A stretch of DNA of 64,000 nt. It comes from the human T2T-CHM13v2.0 reference genome, Homo sapiens. Shown piece after piece: positions 39,396-52,718 of the stretch; within the stretch, counting starts at the first letter, position 1, and the number at the start of each line of letters is the position of its first letter. A program made the translations under genes and the position numbers. The DNA lies in the NCBI RefSeq assembly GCF_009914755.1, contig NC_060936.1. One strand, 5' to 3'. The notes beneath the pieces were generated by a model. It saw only the letters and a program-made list of their open reading frames with translations. It was not told the DNA's origin and did not search any database.

Positions 39396-41879
39396 ATAAG
39401 ATACTTGACTGAAAGATGTCTTGCATACTTGGTTGAATTTCTACTCTCATATTTGAGAAGAAAACGTGAATACCTTTTTTTCAAGATGCAGAGTATATGA
39501 ATGTATAATTTTAACTGAATCTTAATTTTAATTGTATAATCTAAGAGTTAAAATAAAAGCATGGTTCAGAATAAGATGAAAACCACTTAGATTAGCGGAA
39601 ATTTTCCCAATAGGCTTTGAACAGCTCAGAGAAGTTAATCTTAAAATATCTCAAGGCAGGTACTACTGTGTTTCAGCAGACACTGTTCTTGTATCCCACA
39701 AAACAGTAACTGTTATACCATGTTTTTCATATGAAATATACAGCCAGAAAAAAAATTCACATGTTACTAAGCACAAACAAATGTATTATTCCGTATGTTG
39801 GAGACATTGTGGTTTCTTTTAATTTTTAAAAAATCCTTTTTGTTTTTGAAAATAAAATACTAATTAAAAAACTTTTGTAAGAATACATTTTTAATGTGTG
39901 TTCTAGCATTTAATAAATTTAAACCACTATTTTAAAATTACATTAAAAAGGTTTTATAACAATATATCTTCTTCCTGTACTCAAGCATTCTGGAAAGCAT
40001 TTAAACAAAGATCATAATGCCAGTTTTCTTCACTTTTAAATTTGTGGGGTATATAACTTACACTGGAGTCATATCAAAATATCAAGAAAGATTCATAACA
40101 AATCAGAAGTAACTGTGAAAATGTCACCTGATGCAGAAAGTCAGGTTGTTGTAAAGAGAGTACCTTATTATAATATTCAGGAAAAAATTCTCATCAAAAT
40201 GAGAAGTTGCTGTATCATAAAATTTAAATCAACCAAAATTATTGAGTAAAACTATAATTATACTTAAGTCAAAGGAAAAAAAAACAGTCTCCTAGAGTGA
40301 TGTTTGTAATTGGGCCGAAAATGTTTCTCTGAATAAAAATCTAAAAGTAGAACTGAATTGTATTATAACTGTTTTATGACAGATGCTAATAAAAATATAT
40401 GGCCAGAAAAGTCAACATAGGCATCAAAAACATTAGGAAACACAGCAGAAATTTTATAGTGTGGTCTAAATATAATCTACATAGAAGTTTTATGATTAAA
40501 TTTTTTCTGGTAAATATGTAATTTTGTTTTCTGTTCAACAATTGTTCAGTGACTTGTCCAATCTAAACTACAAATTAATTGAAAGAAAGCTTAACTGTAT
40601 AAGCTGAAGAAGCAGACAATAAATTTATTATGTAGAAAGTAGACACAGTAAAAATAAAATAACATGTGTTTTATCTTTTATCAGCTAAGTAGTAATCATA
40701 TCTACAGTATACATGTAGTATTATGTATCATAAAATCAATTTAGTTTGTTTTACTAAGGAAGTTAAGTGGATATGTAAAGTTAAGCTGGATTTCTTTCAT
40801 TCTCAGGGGCTGAACATCATTAGATATGACTTTTTTTAAGCAGATGTGGTTTAGTGACTAAAAAGACTTCAAAATGCTGGTTTTTATGTAAGCATTTTAA
40901 GCAGCTGGCTCTTTTTCTTAATAAGAGAAAGTTTTTCACAAGAGACATTCATTTGAAGTCATTGTGAGAAAGGAGTAAAAAATTTAGGGCTACTTATCTG
41001 GGAAATAACAACAAAAATAAAAAGAACTCCAGTTGGAGCTGCATATGAATCCTTCAGAAATTTTTCAAAGTGGACACTTCAAGAACTTGACACATATGAA
41101 TTAAAAATATAAGAGCTGATTCAAATATGTGGTACCCAACTGGAAGGAGGGTGGTATAATTGTGGTGACAGCTTAAATGATCTCTGAAAGCTGTCAGTAT
41201 GGCCTCATTCAGGGAGGAATAAAGGTTTTTCAGAGAGTTCAAGCTTAACAGTTGAGGGAACAGTTATAATATGAGATGTGTCAGACTAGCTGGGAGGACA
41301 GTCAGTACTCAGTAAAAGAATGAAAAGAAAAATACTAGAGGATAAATAATATTGGGATTATTAGTGCCCATCACTTTGTAAATGTTTTTCTGTGTTTCTG
41401 AGACTATTAGAGACATTTCCTTTATCATGACATTACTAATATGCCATAGTCATCTCTTTATCACAAAAATGTTTGGGATGTGGATAATTTCATATTTACA
41501 GCCTAACCAGTGTATTCATCATCGTATACTAAGTTGTGATCCAGTCCTTCTCTCTTTTTTAAGTTATTATAAAACCACTAATGAACAAAATAATGGTTTT
41601 TATCTTCTCCAATTAAATTGGCAGGTAGGCATATTTTTACTATCAGAAGGAGAGTACGCTCAGTGTACTCTATGAATAGTTTCATTTATAGTTTCACTTT
41701 TAACAATAATGTTAAAACTAAGCTAGTTAATTCATGAGAATGAGTAAGACAATTGTGAATATATTGTTATTCAATTTGGTAGAAGGAAGATGTCCCAGAA
41801 CAGGCAGCTATAGTCTAATTTCCAGATATTTCCATTTAAAATAATTTTGACTCCCATTTTTTCTATTGTAGGGTACATC

Positions 41880-42305
41880 TTGTCATTTTGTTGTCTAGCT
41901 AGCATCAATACCACTCCTTATTTTGGTACTAGAACCCTGATTTTATTTTATAAGTAGTATTGTTGGGATTGTCTACTTCAAGCTTATATAATATCTAAAT
42001 TGAACTGCTAATGAAAGTGATTGTTTTCCCTAGTCAAAGGGTAGTCAGATTATCTCTCCTGGAAATATGAACTTTGAGCCAAATGTAGATTCAAAGTTAA
42101 TCACTGTATTTGAATGAGATCATCCAATGGTTCCTGTTACTAAGATCTCATGAGCCATGCTAGTTCTTATCCTCACCAAGGCCTCATTCTTCAATATTTT
42201 CTTTTATTTTGTGACCTAACCTACTTGCTTTCAGTTGTCACTTTTTTCCTAGGTTGAGCCAGCCTGATTTACTTTACTTTCCACTGAATAAATTGAACTG
42301 ATTCA
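41880..42305 (+). mobile_element. Old ERVL-class LTR (LTR33/LTR16-like)
   Basis: tg...ca ends; ttttggtactagaaccctgatttt; tagtcagattatctctcctggaaat; gttgagccagcctga. Confidence 0.5.
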
Positions 42306-42439
42306 TCTTCATTACATTCATTCACTCCTATTAGTTCACTTATTCATCTAACAAGTATACAGTGAACAGCAGATGACTAAGATGTAATTGTGAAAATATA
42401 ATTTCCCCCTTAAGAAATTTGACATCCGATATAATAGAC

Positions 42440-42774
42440 CAGCAGTGGGCAAACATTTTTGTAAAGAGCTAGATAGTCAATATTTTAGGTTTTGTGACAA
42501 TATGATCTCTATTGCAACTACTCCGCAGGTGTAGTGCAAAAGTACTTATAAGCATTGTATACATCAAAGAGAGTGGATGATTTACATTATTACTCTATTT
42601 AAAGATATTAAAATATGCATTTCATAAAATATTTATTTGTCCTGAAATATTATTCTTCTTTTGATTTTTGTCAACAATTTTAAAAAGTAAAAACCAAAAA
42701 CCAACCAACCAAAAACATTCTTAGTTTGTGAGCCATACAAAAACAAGCAGTAGACTGGATCATGCTGATCTCTG
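42440..42774. mobile_element. MER58B hAT-Charlie element
   Basis: ggcaaacatttttgtaaagagctagatagtcaatattttaggtttt; tgcaactact; attcttagtttgtgagccatacaaaaaca. Confidence 0.82.
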
Positions 42775-42799
42775 AGATGGACCTAAAAGAGAACAGTTA

Positions 42800-44270
42800 T
42801 TTGTGAGCCATAAAATGAAGTAGTAAAATTTGGATAAGGAGGATGTCTTAGCAGTAAATGGAAAGTAGCATGGGGTTTTAGAGGTAAGAACCTAACTCAG
42901 TATATGAGGAAATAATGGGTTGGGGGAGGCCTTTCTGAAGGAATTACATTTAGATGTACTTGAGAATAGAGTAGGAATAAGCTAACAAAAAAGAAAAAAA
43001 TAAAGTATTCAAAGTAAATGGAACAGTGACTATTAATGCTTACAAGAAAGGCAGAGAATCACAACTTAAAATGGCTGGATGCTTGGACGATGTGAAAGAA
43101 ATAGTTACAAGAGGGGTTGGAAAGTAAAGCTAGAGGCTTAAGAATGGCCTTGGCGCTCAGTTATCTTGAAGCCTATTCAACATGTGCTTAGGGGAACCAG
43201 CAAAGAGAGTCAATTCCAGAGTGGGAGGTGGCGATGGGAGTAAGGGAGAATGCCTCTGAAGGAGAGCCATTAAAGATTAGTTGCTCACTCCTGTAATCCT
43301 CGCACTTTGGAAGACCAAGGCGGGCAGATCACTTGAGATCAGGAGTTCAAGACCAGCCTGACCAACATGGTGAAACCCCGCCTCTACTAATAATACAAAA
43401 ATTAGCCGGGGGTAGTGGCACCAACCTGTAGTTCCAGCTACTCAGGAGGCTGAGGCAGGAGAATCACTTGAACCCAGGAGGCGGAGGTTGCAGTGATCTG
43501 AGATTATACCACTGAACTCCAGCCTAAGTGACAGAGCCAGACTCTGTCTCAAAAAAAAAAAAAAAAAAAAAAAAAAAGATTTGTCATTATCATTGTGAGC
43601 AAAAATGAAAATTGTTATATTTCCTAATATTAATATTTTATATTGTCATTTTGTATGGTATTTAATTTAAATTACTTATGGAAAAGAATGCAAAAAAATT
43701 AAGGGCTTCTACAATTTTAATTTAGATAAACTTAAAACTTAGGTTAAGTGTTTTAGAATTCAATTTAAGAGCAATGGGGTAAGGGAGTCACTGCCTTTAA
43801 GTGGAGAAACTACATGATTTGATCTTTTTTGAAAAACCACTCTGGTTTTCATGCAGAAAAACAGATCAGTGGGAAAAAGAGAAGAGAGTCAAGGATATGA
43901 CTGAAGGAACTTTTGCTATCATTTTCTGTTGGACACATGATGACTTAAAATAAAAGGCAAGGAGGTAGCAACACAGACAAGTGGCCCCATCTCTAGTACT
44001 ATTAAACAGATAGATTAGAAGACCCTTACTGATTCACAAACATGAAGAATTATTGTGAAGATGGAGGCAAGGATAACTATTAGGTCTCTGATTGGAACAG
44101 TTCTATGGATGTCTCCACTACCTGGAAACAGGAGAAAGAAAAACACGTTTTGGAGGGAAAAGAGTTCAGATTTGACATATTTAATCTGGTGTGCATGTAT
44201 TTTTAAACTTCAAGATAAAGATAGCAAGTAGGTCACTGGATATATCAGAAAAGTGATCTAGGCTACAGCA
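42800..44270 (-). mobile_element. Scattered L2 fragments
   Basis: ggaggcctttctgaagga; agagcaatgggg...ttgaaaaaccactctggttt; gagttcagatttgacatattt. Confidence 0.5.
43279..43577 (+). mobile_element. AluS, slightly 5'-truncated
   Basis: Dimer with pure A27 tail; TSD aaagatt. Confidence 0.95.
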
Positions 44271-44309
44271 AAAACTTTGCTGTTTAACACAATATTTTGA
44301 AAATTCATT

Positions 44310-44552
44310 TAATTGAATTTGTCAAACACATTGTGTGTCCTGCATTTTACTAAACAAATTACATGCATTGAATTAATCTTCACAATAATACAGGGTGTAA
44401 TTGTTTTTACTACTATTATGACTACTACATTATGAGTTATAAAGGTTAAGTTACTTGCCAAAATTATTAAAGCTAGTAGTAAATGGAAAAGATGTGATTC
44501 AAGCATCAGATTTGTTAGATTCCAAAAGAAACACTTTTAATCACCATGCTGA
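44310..44552 (-). mobile_element. MIR
   Basis: ttaatcttcacaataa; aaaggttaagttacttgccaa; gattcaagcatcag; ttttaatcaccatgct. Confidence 0.75.
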
Positions 44553-45488
44553 ATCAAACAAGCATGATATGAGAAGCAGTTTCCTTCCAGGTTGAGGGAA
44601 ATAATTCAAGGGAGAACAGTAAGGCAAGATCTTCTAACTTTTGGAAGGCATTTTTGTAATTGTTTTTCCAAGAATAATGCAGTTTGTCAGGTCTTGTAAA
44701 ACAATTCTAATAAGTGAAGCAAACAATAGACTGCTTATAAATGGAATCCCTGTAAATCTACCTAAAGGTGATCAGTTTATGAAATGTTAGTGTAACCTTG
44801 GGTACTTTCATACATTGTCCATAAATTCACCCAAGTTAGCTAGTATACTTAATAGATTTTCCCAACCCAAATCATGACTGGTAATAATTATTTTGACCAT
44901 TTTAAAACACACTTAATTCAAGGTCTATAATTAACAAAATAAGCATAGTAAGTACAATTGATATAACAATGATGAAGTATCTATAAGGGTTATATTTTGG
45001 GGGGGTTGGCAGGGTAAATCAGCTTAGATCAAGATTTTTCTACAGACACACAAAAATTGTGTAAACATAGTTCAAAGAAAAATGACTATCCCTTTTTTCA
45101 TTAAAATTCAAACAATGTGTTAGATGCTAAATACTACATTAATGTATAAATTATGCAGCATACACTCATCTCCCCTGTCTTTCCACTAACATAGCTTACA
45201 ATGCAGTAATAGTCATCATTTATCAGAAACATGATGCATGTAAATGCTTCCCATCCTCTTCTCTCTGTAGATAATTTAGATAGATTCCTGTCATTAGGTA
45301 ATCGGAAGCTTTCTTGTTACATACATTTCATAAAGTGAATGACATGACTAAGCAGAGAAATGCACACCTCAATCTGGACTAATGTATAAGGGAGCTATTG
45401 GAACTAAAAATCGAATGTGTGATTCCTTTTCCATCAAGAAATAAATAGCAACTTGACAAACTGTAGGAATCATAAATTCTGTCTATAT

Positions 45489-45720
45489 CAGGGTTTCTCA
45501 ATTTTGACATTATTAATATTTTGAACTGGATAAGTATTTGTTGCAGTTTTCCCACAACAAATCCTATGCATATCCTATGCACTGTAGGATCTTTGACAAC
45601 ATCCCTGGACTCCATTCACTAGATGCTAGTGACACATTCTCAGCTGTGATGATCAAAAATGTCTCCAGACATTGTTAAATATCCCTTGGCAGGCAAAATT
45701 ATCCCTGCTGAGTACCTCTT
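45489..45720. mobile_element. MER20 hAT-Charlie element
   Basis: gtttctcaattttgacatta; tgcactgtaggat; cactagatgctagt; caaaaatgtctccagacattg. Confidence 0.88.
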
Positions 45721-48700
45721 TTTAATATAAACTGTCCTAAATCACACTAGTGCCCATAATGTATTTACTTACATAGTTTTGCTTCACTTATTAGTTGACA
45801 TCATTATCTAATCAGAAAAGAAGGATGCATCGAATATGTGTCATCTTTTGTAGCTAAATAGGATGAAATTGTTTAGTAAATATGAGATATAACAAACATA
45901 GCAGAATAATTTAAGATCCAGGAAATTCAGCCATATGAAATTTGGCATTATATTTGATTAATCATAATTACTGTCTATATTTTTTTCTGTATAAAAGTTA
46001 ACGTTCAAGTGGGTAACATTAGAGGATATATGTACGATAAGGAACAATAAAAATATAAAGGGAACAAGTGTTTAATATAATTGCTGTGCAAAAGAAAAGG
46101 GGAAATGGAAGTTGGCGAAAACAATTCTCAAATGCTCTTCTTCCAAGAAACAATTTTATCAGAGCTCACTCCTGAGAAAATGTAAGTAATATATCGTGGA
46201 GTAGACTATTCTTTATAACACAGATAGATTATTACACTCTGGATCAGACAGGAAAATTATGCAATCTTGTTGAGCAGTTAGAAGCCTTGGAGTAAATGAC
46301 AGTAAAGTTTTACTAAAATAAGATAAATTAGCTAACATAAGAGACAATTTTAATTCATTAATGCCAAAAACTCTCTGCAAAACGTATTTATCACTAAAAT
46401 AAGCTTTCAGATTCTGCATGAATTGTTTTTTGAGATGAAAGAGAAAGAGTAGTAGGAATAAGGTAATCTTCTTCTTTTTTTTAGCAGACTGGAAGTAAAG
46501 CTGATCTCACAGATTTAAATTCTCAAATGAAAATCTAACCATTTCAATAAACTAAAATGCAGTGGATATAGGAGATAATTGTTTTTAATTACTTATTAAA
46601 GTCACATTAATTTCAAACATGCTTTTATCCATGCCCATAAGTTTCTCATGATGGTTTTGGAGCACTAAACAGAATTTTTACCTGAGGCTGATTTAATTTT
46701 CATTATTAAAGGCCAATTGCAGAAGCAGTTTTGTAGCCTGCAGTGTATTGCAGTTTTAGAATTGGAGACTGAAATTCTTGATCAAGTAATGAGAAGCCTG
46801 AAACACTGATTACTTCACTTGTGGTTTCATAAAATATTCTATTATTTTTATTTTTACATTATTGTATTTCTTTATTTAAAATATTGAGCATGAATATATG
46901 AAGAATCAAGTTAGAATTATTAAGTAGCAGCTTACCTTATTATTATATACTCAAATTATAATTACAACATTTAGAACATTTTTATATGCAACCTTATTTA
47001 ATTCTCACAAGCTACCTTGCAAAACTAGCAGGAGACAAGTAGTTGCAATTCAGCAGATTCAAAACGTTAGGCTCAACTATATTTAGTGATCACTTAGAGT
47101 TAGTAATTAGAGGAGTTTGGGTCTACCATTTAAGGCAAATAAGCAACATCTTCAAAGTATACTGAAAAAAGCATAGGAAAAGTTATACAAATGTTAGTGG
47201 AACTTTACTTTGACCTCAACAAGCTTTATAAAGCCTGTTTCAGAAAAGATTCACCTATTCTATAAACCTGCCATGTTTAATCCTCTCTCTACGCTTTCCA
47301 TCACGCTTTTGCTTTCAGATAAAATATCTTCCCCTTCCGCTATGACTGCACGCTCTCTGTTTGTGTATTACACTTCCAGACACATGTAGATTGCAAGATC
47401 TTCATGAATATTTTTTGAGTAATAGCTTTTTGTTCACTTCCTGCAGCTTTTAGAGTCATCACATTTGTTTTGCATCTAATTACATTACTGTTATTTGCTG
47501 TCACTTTAAGTGTGTTTTCCTCACCTCTTGAATTGCATTGTAATTTGTTTGAGAAAGGAATATGTTCATAGTTCTTCTATTTCCCAAAGAGTGAGTTGAT
47601 GTTAATGTATATATTTTTAAATTATTAATATTATACTGGTTTTAAGTTTTACCTTACTGATATTTTGATGAGGTACCTTTTTCACCATATATTTATTGAC
47701 ATAAACTATCTTAAACCCGTTGGATTTGCCAACCCTTTAATCAACTCCTGTTAACCTCTCATTTTGTTGGCAGGTTTTATAGGCATATACACACAGAGAC
47801 ATAGGCACACTCACACATACACTTGCACATATACAGAAGTATCATGCCCCAAGCCTATGTTCTCAATAATTTGTTTTCTGCTGGTTGGCTGCCATGCCTT
47901 ACTCTTAATTAATAGGTGGCTTTTCAACAGAAATATTATGCCTTGGGCATATTCATAAACAATGTGTCTTCTTATGAAGATTTAAAGGTTATAGTAATGA
48001 AAAGAATCTTGAATGTTAGAGAAGGCAGGGGCAGAAATTATTTTTTGTCAGGCAAATTCTTTGCTTACCACCAAGTTATACTACATTACTGTTTTAATTT
48101 ATGCTTAGAATAAGCTTTCTAGGTTAAACTAGAAAACGAGTATATATATGTTTAAAGTCCAACTAAAATGAAAGTTTGGCACAATAATAATCATATGCTT
48201 GATCTACTTGTTTTTGAAGAAAATATACAATTATTTTTCCAACTTTTGAAACACAAGATTATACATGCTTATGAAGAATGCCCAAGTTCATTTCTAACTA
48301 GCTAGATGATGATATATTATATGAGACTTGGGGTTTAATTCAGAGGATTGCCTGTCATTTTTCCAGAAATGATTATCATTGTTATCACTAATGAATTATA
48401 TATTCTTATTTATTGATTTATCTCAGGGAATATAGTATTTATAAGCAGAAACAAATGAAAAGTAAACTTAGTTCTACTTCATATTATAAATAGCTTTCAT
48501 AATAAAATAATATGCACAAAATATTTAAAGGATTATAAATACATAAAGGATTCATTGTTTTAAAAAATTCTATTTTCTGTTGATTTTTAACATATATATT
48601 GCTTATTAAACATGGGTTGTTCTATTAATGGAAAATATGCATTTAAAAGTTTGTGTAAATTACTTTTTTGGATTGCTACTGTAATATATGTTCATGGTGG

Positions 48701-49289
48701 GGCAAAAAAGTGAAACTTAAATTTGAACACGAAGAGTGAATGCTACTTAATTGAGTCAGTGTCAAAGAAAAGTGTTGCAAACAGAGGGAACAACATGGGT
48801 GGAGACAGGAGGTGAGAGAGCATGAGGCTCCTGGGAGACTTTAAGAAATTCAATGCTGCTGGATGGTTGGAGAGGAAGTGGGAAGTGATACCAGGTGGCG
48901 ATGATGAGACAGGTAGAAATAATTATTCTTGATTTCCTCAGTAACGTTATACCAGAGTTTACCATAATTTTGCATCATTATGGAAAATACATGGGAATAA
49001 GGCAGTTTTTGAGGCAGAATGACAAAATAAGCATCCACAGCAGCAAAATATAATAAAGAAAAATGTGTTGGTTTTTTGTTTGTTTGTTTTATATGTGGCC
49101 TAAGGGAACATGAAGAATCAGTGATGAAGCCCAGGCTTAGTTTTGTTTTATTTTGTTTTGTTTAGTTTTGTGGGGGCAGTTGTGTAGACTGCCCTGCCAT
49201 GACATTTATTATGATAGAAGAGGAAAAAAATCTATTAACGGTGTTTCAGGGACAAAGAACTGGTTTGGGAGATTTTTGGTATAAATTAT

Positions 49290-49940
49290 CTCTAAGAAAA
49301 CAAATTAGCAATGTATAAAAGGCAATAGCTACCATTTTCCAATGAAATGAACCAGGGGTCCTTGGAGAAATGGCAGATTCTGGTACTAAGGCAATAAAAT
49401 AAAATAAAAGAGCATCATACATATAGTGCCAGAAAGTAAGAAAAAACTCAAAACAAACAAACAAAAGAGAATGAGGTTATGTCAAAGTGACACAGGAACC
49501 AATTTAAAAGAGCTCTCAATGGCCAAAACTAGAATAACTTTAAAAATAAAATAAGCAAGGTAGTATTGAATTATAACTCAAAATATAAAATAAATATACA
49601 GAAATACATATTTATATGGCCAAATTATTGATTAAATGAATAAATGAAGGATAAGGTCAAGTCTTCCTCACAGAAGGGTCCCAAATGATATTTATAAGTA
49701 CTCCCTTAATTAGAGCCCAGAAATAGGTCCATATAAATAGTCAATTGATCACTGACATTGGAACAAAGACAATACAACAAAAAAAGATAAATCTTTTTAA
49801 CAAAAGGTTCTGGAACAACTGGACTTCCACATAAAAAAAAAAAAAGAATCTAGATACAGACTTTACACTCTTTCCAAAATTAACTCAATATAGATCATAG
49901 ACCTAAATGCAAAATGCAAATTTATAAAACTCCTAGAAGA
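49290..49940 (+). mobile_element. Two L1M (MC/MD-like) fragments: 3'UTR piece ~49290-49707, then ORF2 piece ~49708-49940
   Basis: ccttggagaaatggcagattc; atgtcaaagtgacacaggaacc; agagcccagaaata; ctggaacaactggac; gatcatagacctaaatg; ataaaactcctagaaga. Confidence 0.8.
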
Positions 49941-50204
49941 GTTTTGAGGTAGAAGTGGCATCTTATCCCTGCCTGGCAATGGGAAGGCAACATTCCTTAA
50001 GCTCCAAGATGACTAGATCACCTTTGGAATATTGAAATTTTTATTAAGGGTGAAAGAAATCACATTTAGGCCCTATTTGACTTTAATCTAAAGTTAAATA
50101 TATACACATAAGATTACTGGTGTCAAGATGTTAATTTCAAAACACTGTACAGTATTTTAATTACATGATGGAGCAGTTTCTTCCAGCATTGAAAGATTAA
50201 ATGA

Positions 50205-51447
50205 GGGGTTGTGCACCCGAGTTGGTTGGTGCCATGCTGTCACATGATGCAGAGCAAGTTCTGTGGTACCTGTTCGAGGTGGAGGAGCTTGTTGAGGAGG
50301 TGCTGGTGGACAAACAGCAGATTGTGGATGTGGACACCGAAAGGAATAAAAACCCAGAGGGCCTGAGAGCCCTGCAGAATGGTCTCAGCCTCTCTGAAGA
50401 TGTGGTTTGCCTCAGGAACATGTTTGTCAAGATGCCTCACCCTCAGGTGAAGGAAATGATTAAGAAAAATCAGGATCATCTGGATAAATAGAAATAATCC
50501 AAAAACAATGGGCCCAAGGCAAACCAGAGCCAAAGAGTTTTAACTTGAACCCCTTCAGTCAGGATGAACATAAAGCTCTCAAGTTCTTGAAAGGATGAGA
50601 CACAAGAATAAGATGGGGTACCAGTGACCAGCTCCTCTACCTGGGGTCATGGAGGACCGAAGACCCTCCAACCTTGATGCCTGTAAGGACAGGCGCTCCT
50701 GTAAGGGATCAGGTGTAAAGAATCTGGCCATAGCTCCTGTACAAAGCCTCTTTGTCTGAAGTACTTGGGTGCTCTTTGACGGCAGGAGGGAACACAACCT
50801 GTCGGTGGCTGCTGGACCTCACCACGGGGGCTCAGTGGACATAAGATCTATTGACAGGCCCTGGCAGTCACCAGTGGGTGTGTGTGGCAGTGGCTGTGGG
50901 GTGTGAGAATGACTGCAACAGGCACTTCTCAACAATGACCTGCTGTTCACATGGGCCCTGAGCAGGGAGGAAGGGAGAGGGACAATGGAAGCTTTGTTCC
51001 AGCATTCCTCTTAGAAAGGGGAGAGACAATTTCAGGCAGGTGTAATGGAATTGGAATAAAGCAGGAGGCTCAAGGGTGGTTTCTGAGTAAAGGACAGAAT
51101 CGTGGTGCTTTGTGGTTCACCACAGCCTTCCATGGGCAGACACACACATTTCTCCCTACTGCCTCCATTTTTGCCCCTTTTTTCCTACTTGCTTCCAAGA
51201 GTAGATGCTGCTTATCAGCCATCTGTGGCTGCTCTTTGGTCAGGAGGGTGTTGCAGAGTCCTGCACCAGGGATGAGTGAGTGGGTGTGCCCCTGAGCATA
51301 TAACAGCATATAACGAGTGTCAAGAATGCTGCCCCACCACCTCTGAAAGCAGGGCCTGGCCAGCTCTGACTGCTCAGAGTACCTTCTGCCTTTAGTGGTC
51401 TGAGGTCCCAGTGTGAATGTGCTGTCAGGGCAAAAAAAAAAAAAAAA
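50205..51447 (+). pseudogene. PDRG1: Processed pseudogene of PDRG1 (p53 and DNA damage-regulated 1; prefoldin-like PAQosome subunit)
   Basis: ATG at 50234 gives MLSHDAEQVLWYLFEVEELVEEVLVDKQQIVDVDTERNKNPEGLRALQ..., ~75% identical by eye to recalled PDRG1 (MLSPEAERVLRYLVEVEELAEEVLADKRQIVDLDTKRNQNREGLRALQ...). Premature TAG 50489-50491; frameshifted C-terminus AQGKPEPKSFNLNPFSQDEHKALKFLKG* at 50512-50598; no introns; GC-richer 3'UTR; A16 at 51432-51447; degenerate TSD aaagattaaatg / aaaaatcaaata. Confidence 0.93.
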
Positions 51448-52128
51448 TCAAATACGGATGGAAATACTTCTTCAACTTTGATTGTAAAAGTAATACAAAT
51501 ACATACCTAATGCTTCATGTCATATTTTATCTTTCTATTTAAAATCTACTATTAAACTAAGTTTGTTTGGTGATTTTTCTATGTCTTTGAATGATGATGG
51601 TCTTTCTACTCTGATAAATTATTCTCTATTAATGTAAATTACATGAAACTTTTCTTGGTTTTTATAGTTTTAATCTATTTAAACTTCAAAAATCTTCTGT
51701 CAACAGTTAACCTACTATTTATATAGAATTACAGAGTTATGTTTTATCTTGAAGTCATGCCATGTGACCTCAAGTAGAACAGGAAGCATACTGATAGTCA
51801 TATTTTTAAAATGGGCAAGTGCCTACAAGTTGGGATACTTACAAAGGCTGGGATAAACCTTACCCGAAGCCAAGCTATGCTGGATTTAGTAATTTAACAA
51901 CTGTTATTTAAATGCGATTAATTTTTCCCTTTAGAGTTTCTCAGGTATACATATGTATGTGTACCTGTATGTGTGTGTCTGCGTGTGTGTGTGATTATAT
52001 TTGTGTAAGCAACTGAAAATAAATATTGAAACATTTAGACTGTAAGATCTATATAAAGGCTATGACCAATAACATTTTTCTGATGAGCTCTCTGCAGTTA
52101 TGTTTTAGCACACTTCATGATTGTTACG

Positions 52129-52718
52129 TATGTTAGTTCTCTATTGCTGTATAAAATTTATCTCAAATAGTGGCTTAAAACAATATATATTTATTACCTT
52201 AAAGTTTGCATGGGTCAGGAATGTGGGCACAGCATAAGTGTGTCCTCATATTGATCTCAAAAGGCTGCAGTAAAGGTGACCAGGATTGTATTCTCATCTG
52301 GAGCTTGAGATCCTCTTCAAAATCATTCAAGTTTTTTGCAGAATTCAATTCCTTGTGTTTGTGAGATTGATGCTCACAGTTCCTAGAGGTAACCTTCTGC
52401 ATAGGTAGTTCAGAAAATGGCTGTTTCTTCTTCAAGACCAGAAGGCAAGAATCCCTGCTGCTTCGAGTCTCTTCTTTCGGGGAATGCCTGGTTCTTCTTT
52501 TAAGAGGCTTTCTTGGTTATGTCAGGTCCTCCCAGGATGATCTTCCTTTTTATTAGAAACCTTATGTCTGCAAAATTCCTTTACTTTGCCATATTCATGG
52601 TTAAAAGCGAGGTAAAGTTTCTGTCTGCAAACAAAGAGAAAAGCTTATGCTTGGATACTTAGAATTGGATACTAGGGGTGGGGATCATGAAGACCATCTT
52701 AGAATTCTGCCTACCACA
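52129..52718 (-). mobile_element. MLT1E-type solo LTR
   Basis: ttagttctctattgctg; gcagaattcaattccttg; gtcaggtcctcccaggatgatcttcc; ends ccatcttagaattctgcctaccaca. Confidence 0.85.

Noticed and set aside
50197-51309. Antisense and 3'UTR ORFs around the PDRG1 copy, and upstream in-frame ATG at 50201
   Set aside because: Shadows of the retrocopy; ATG 50201 lies at the insertion flank, not the parental start
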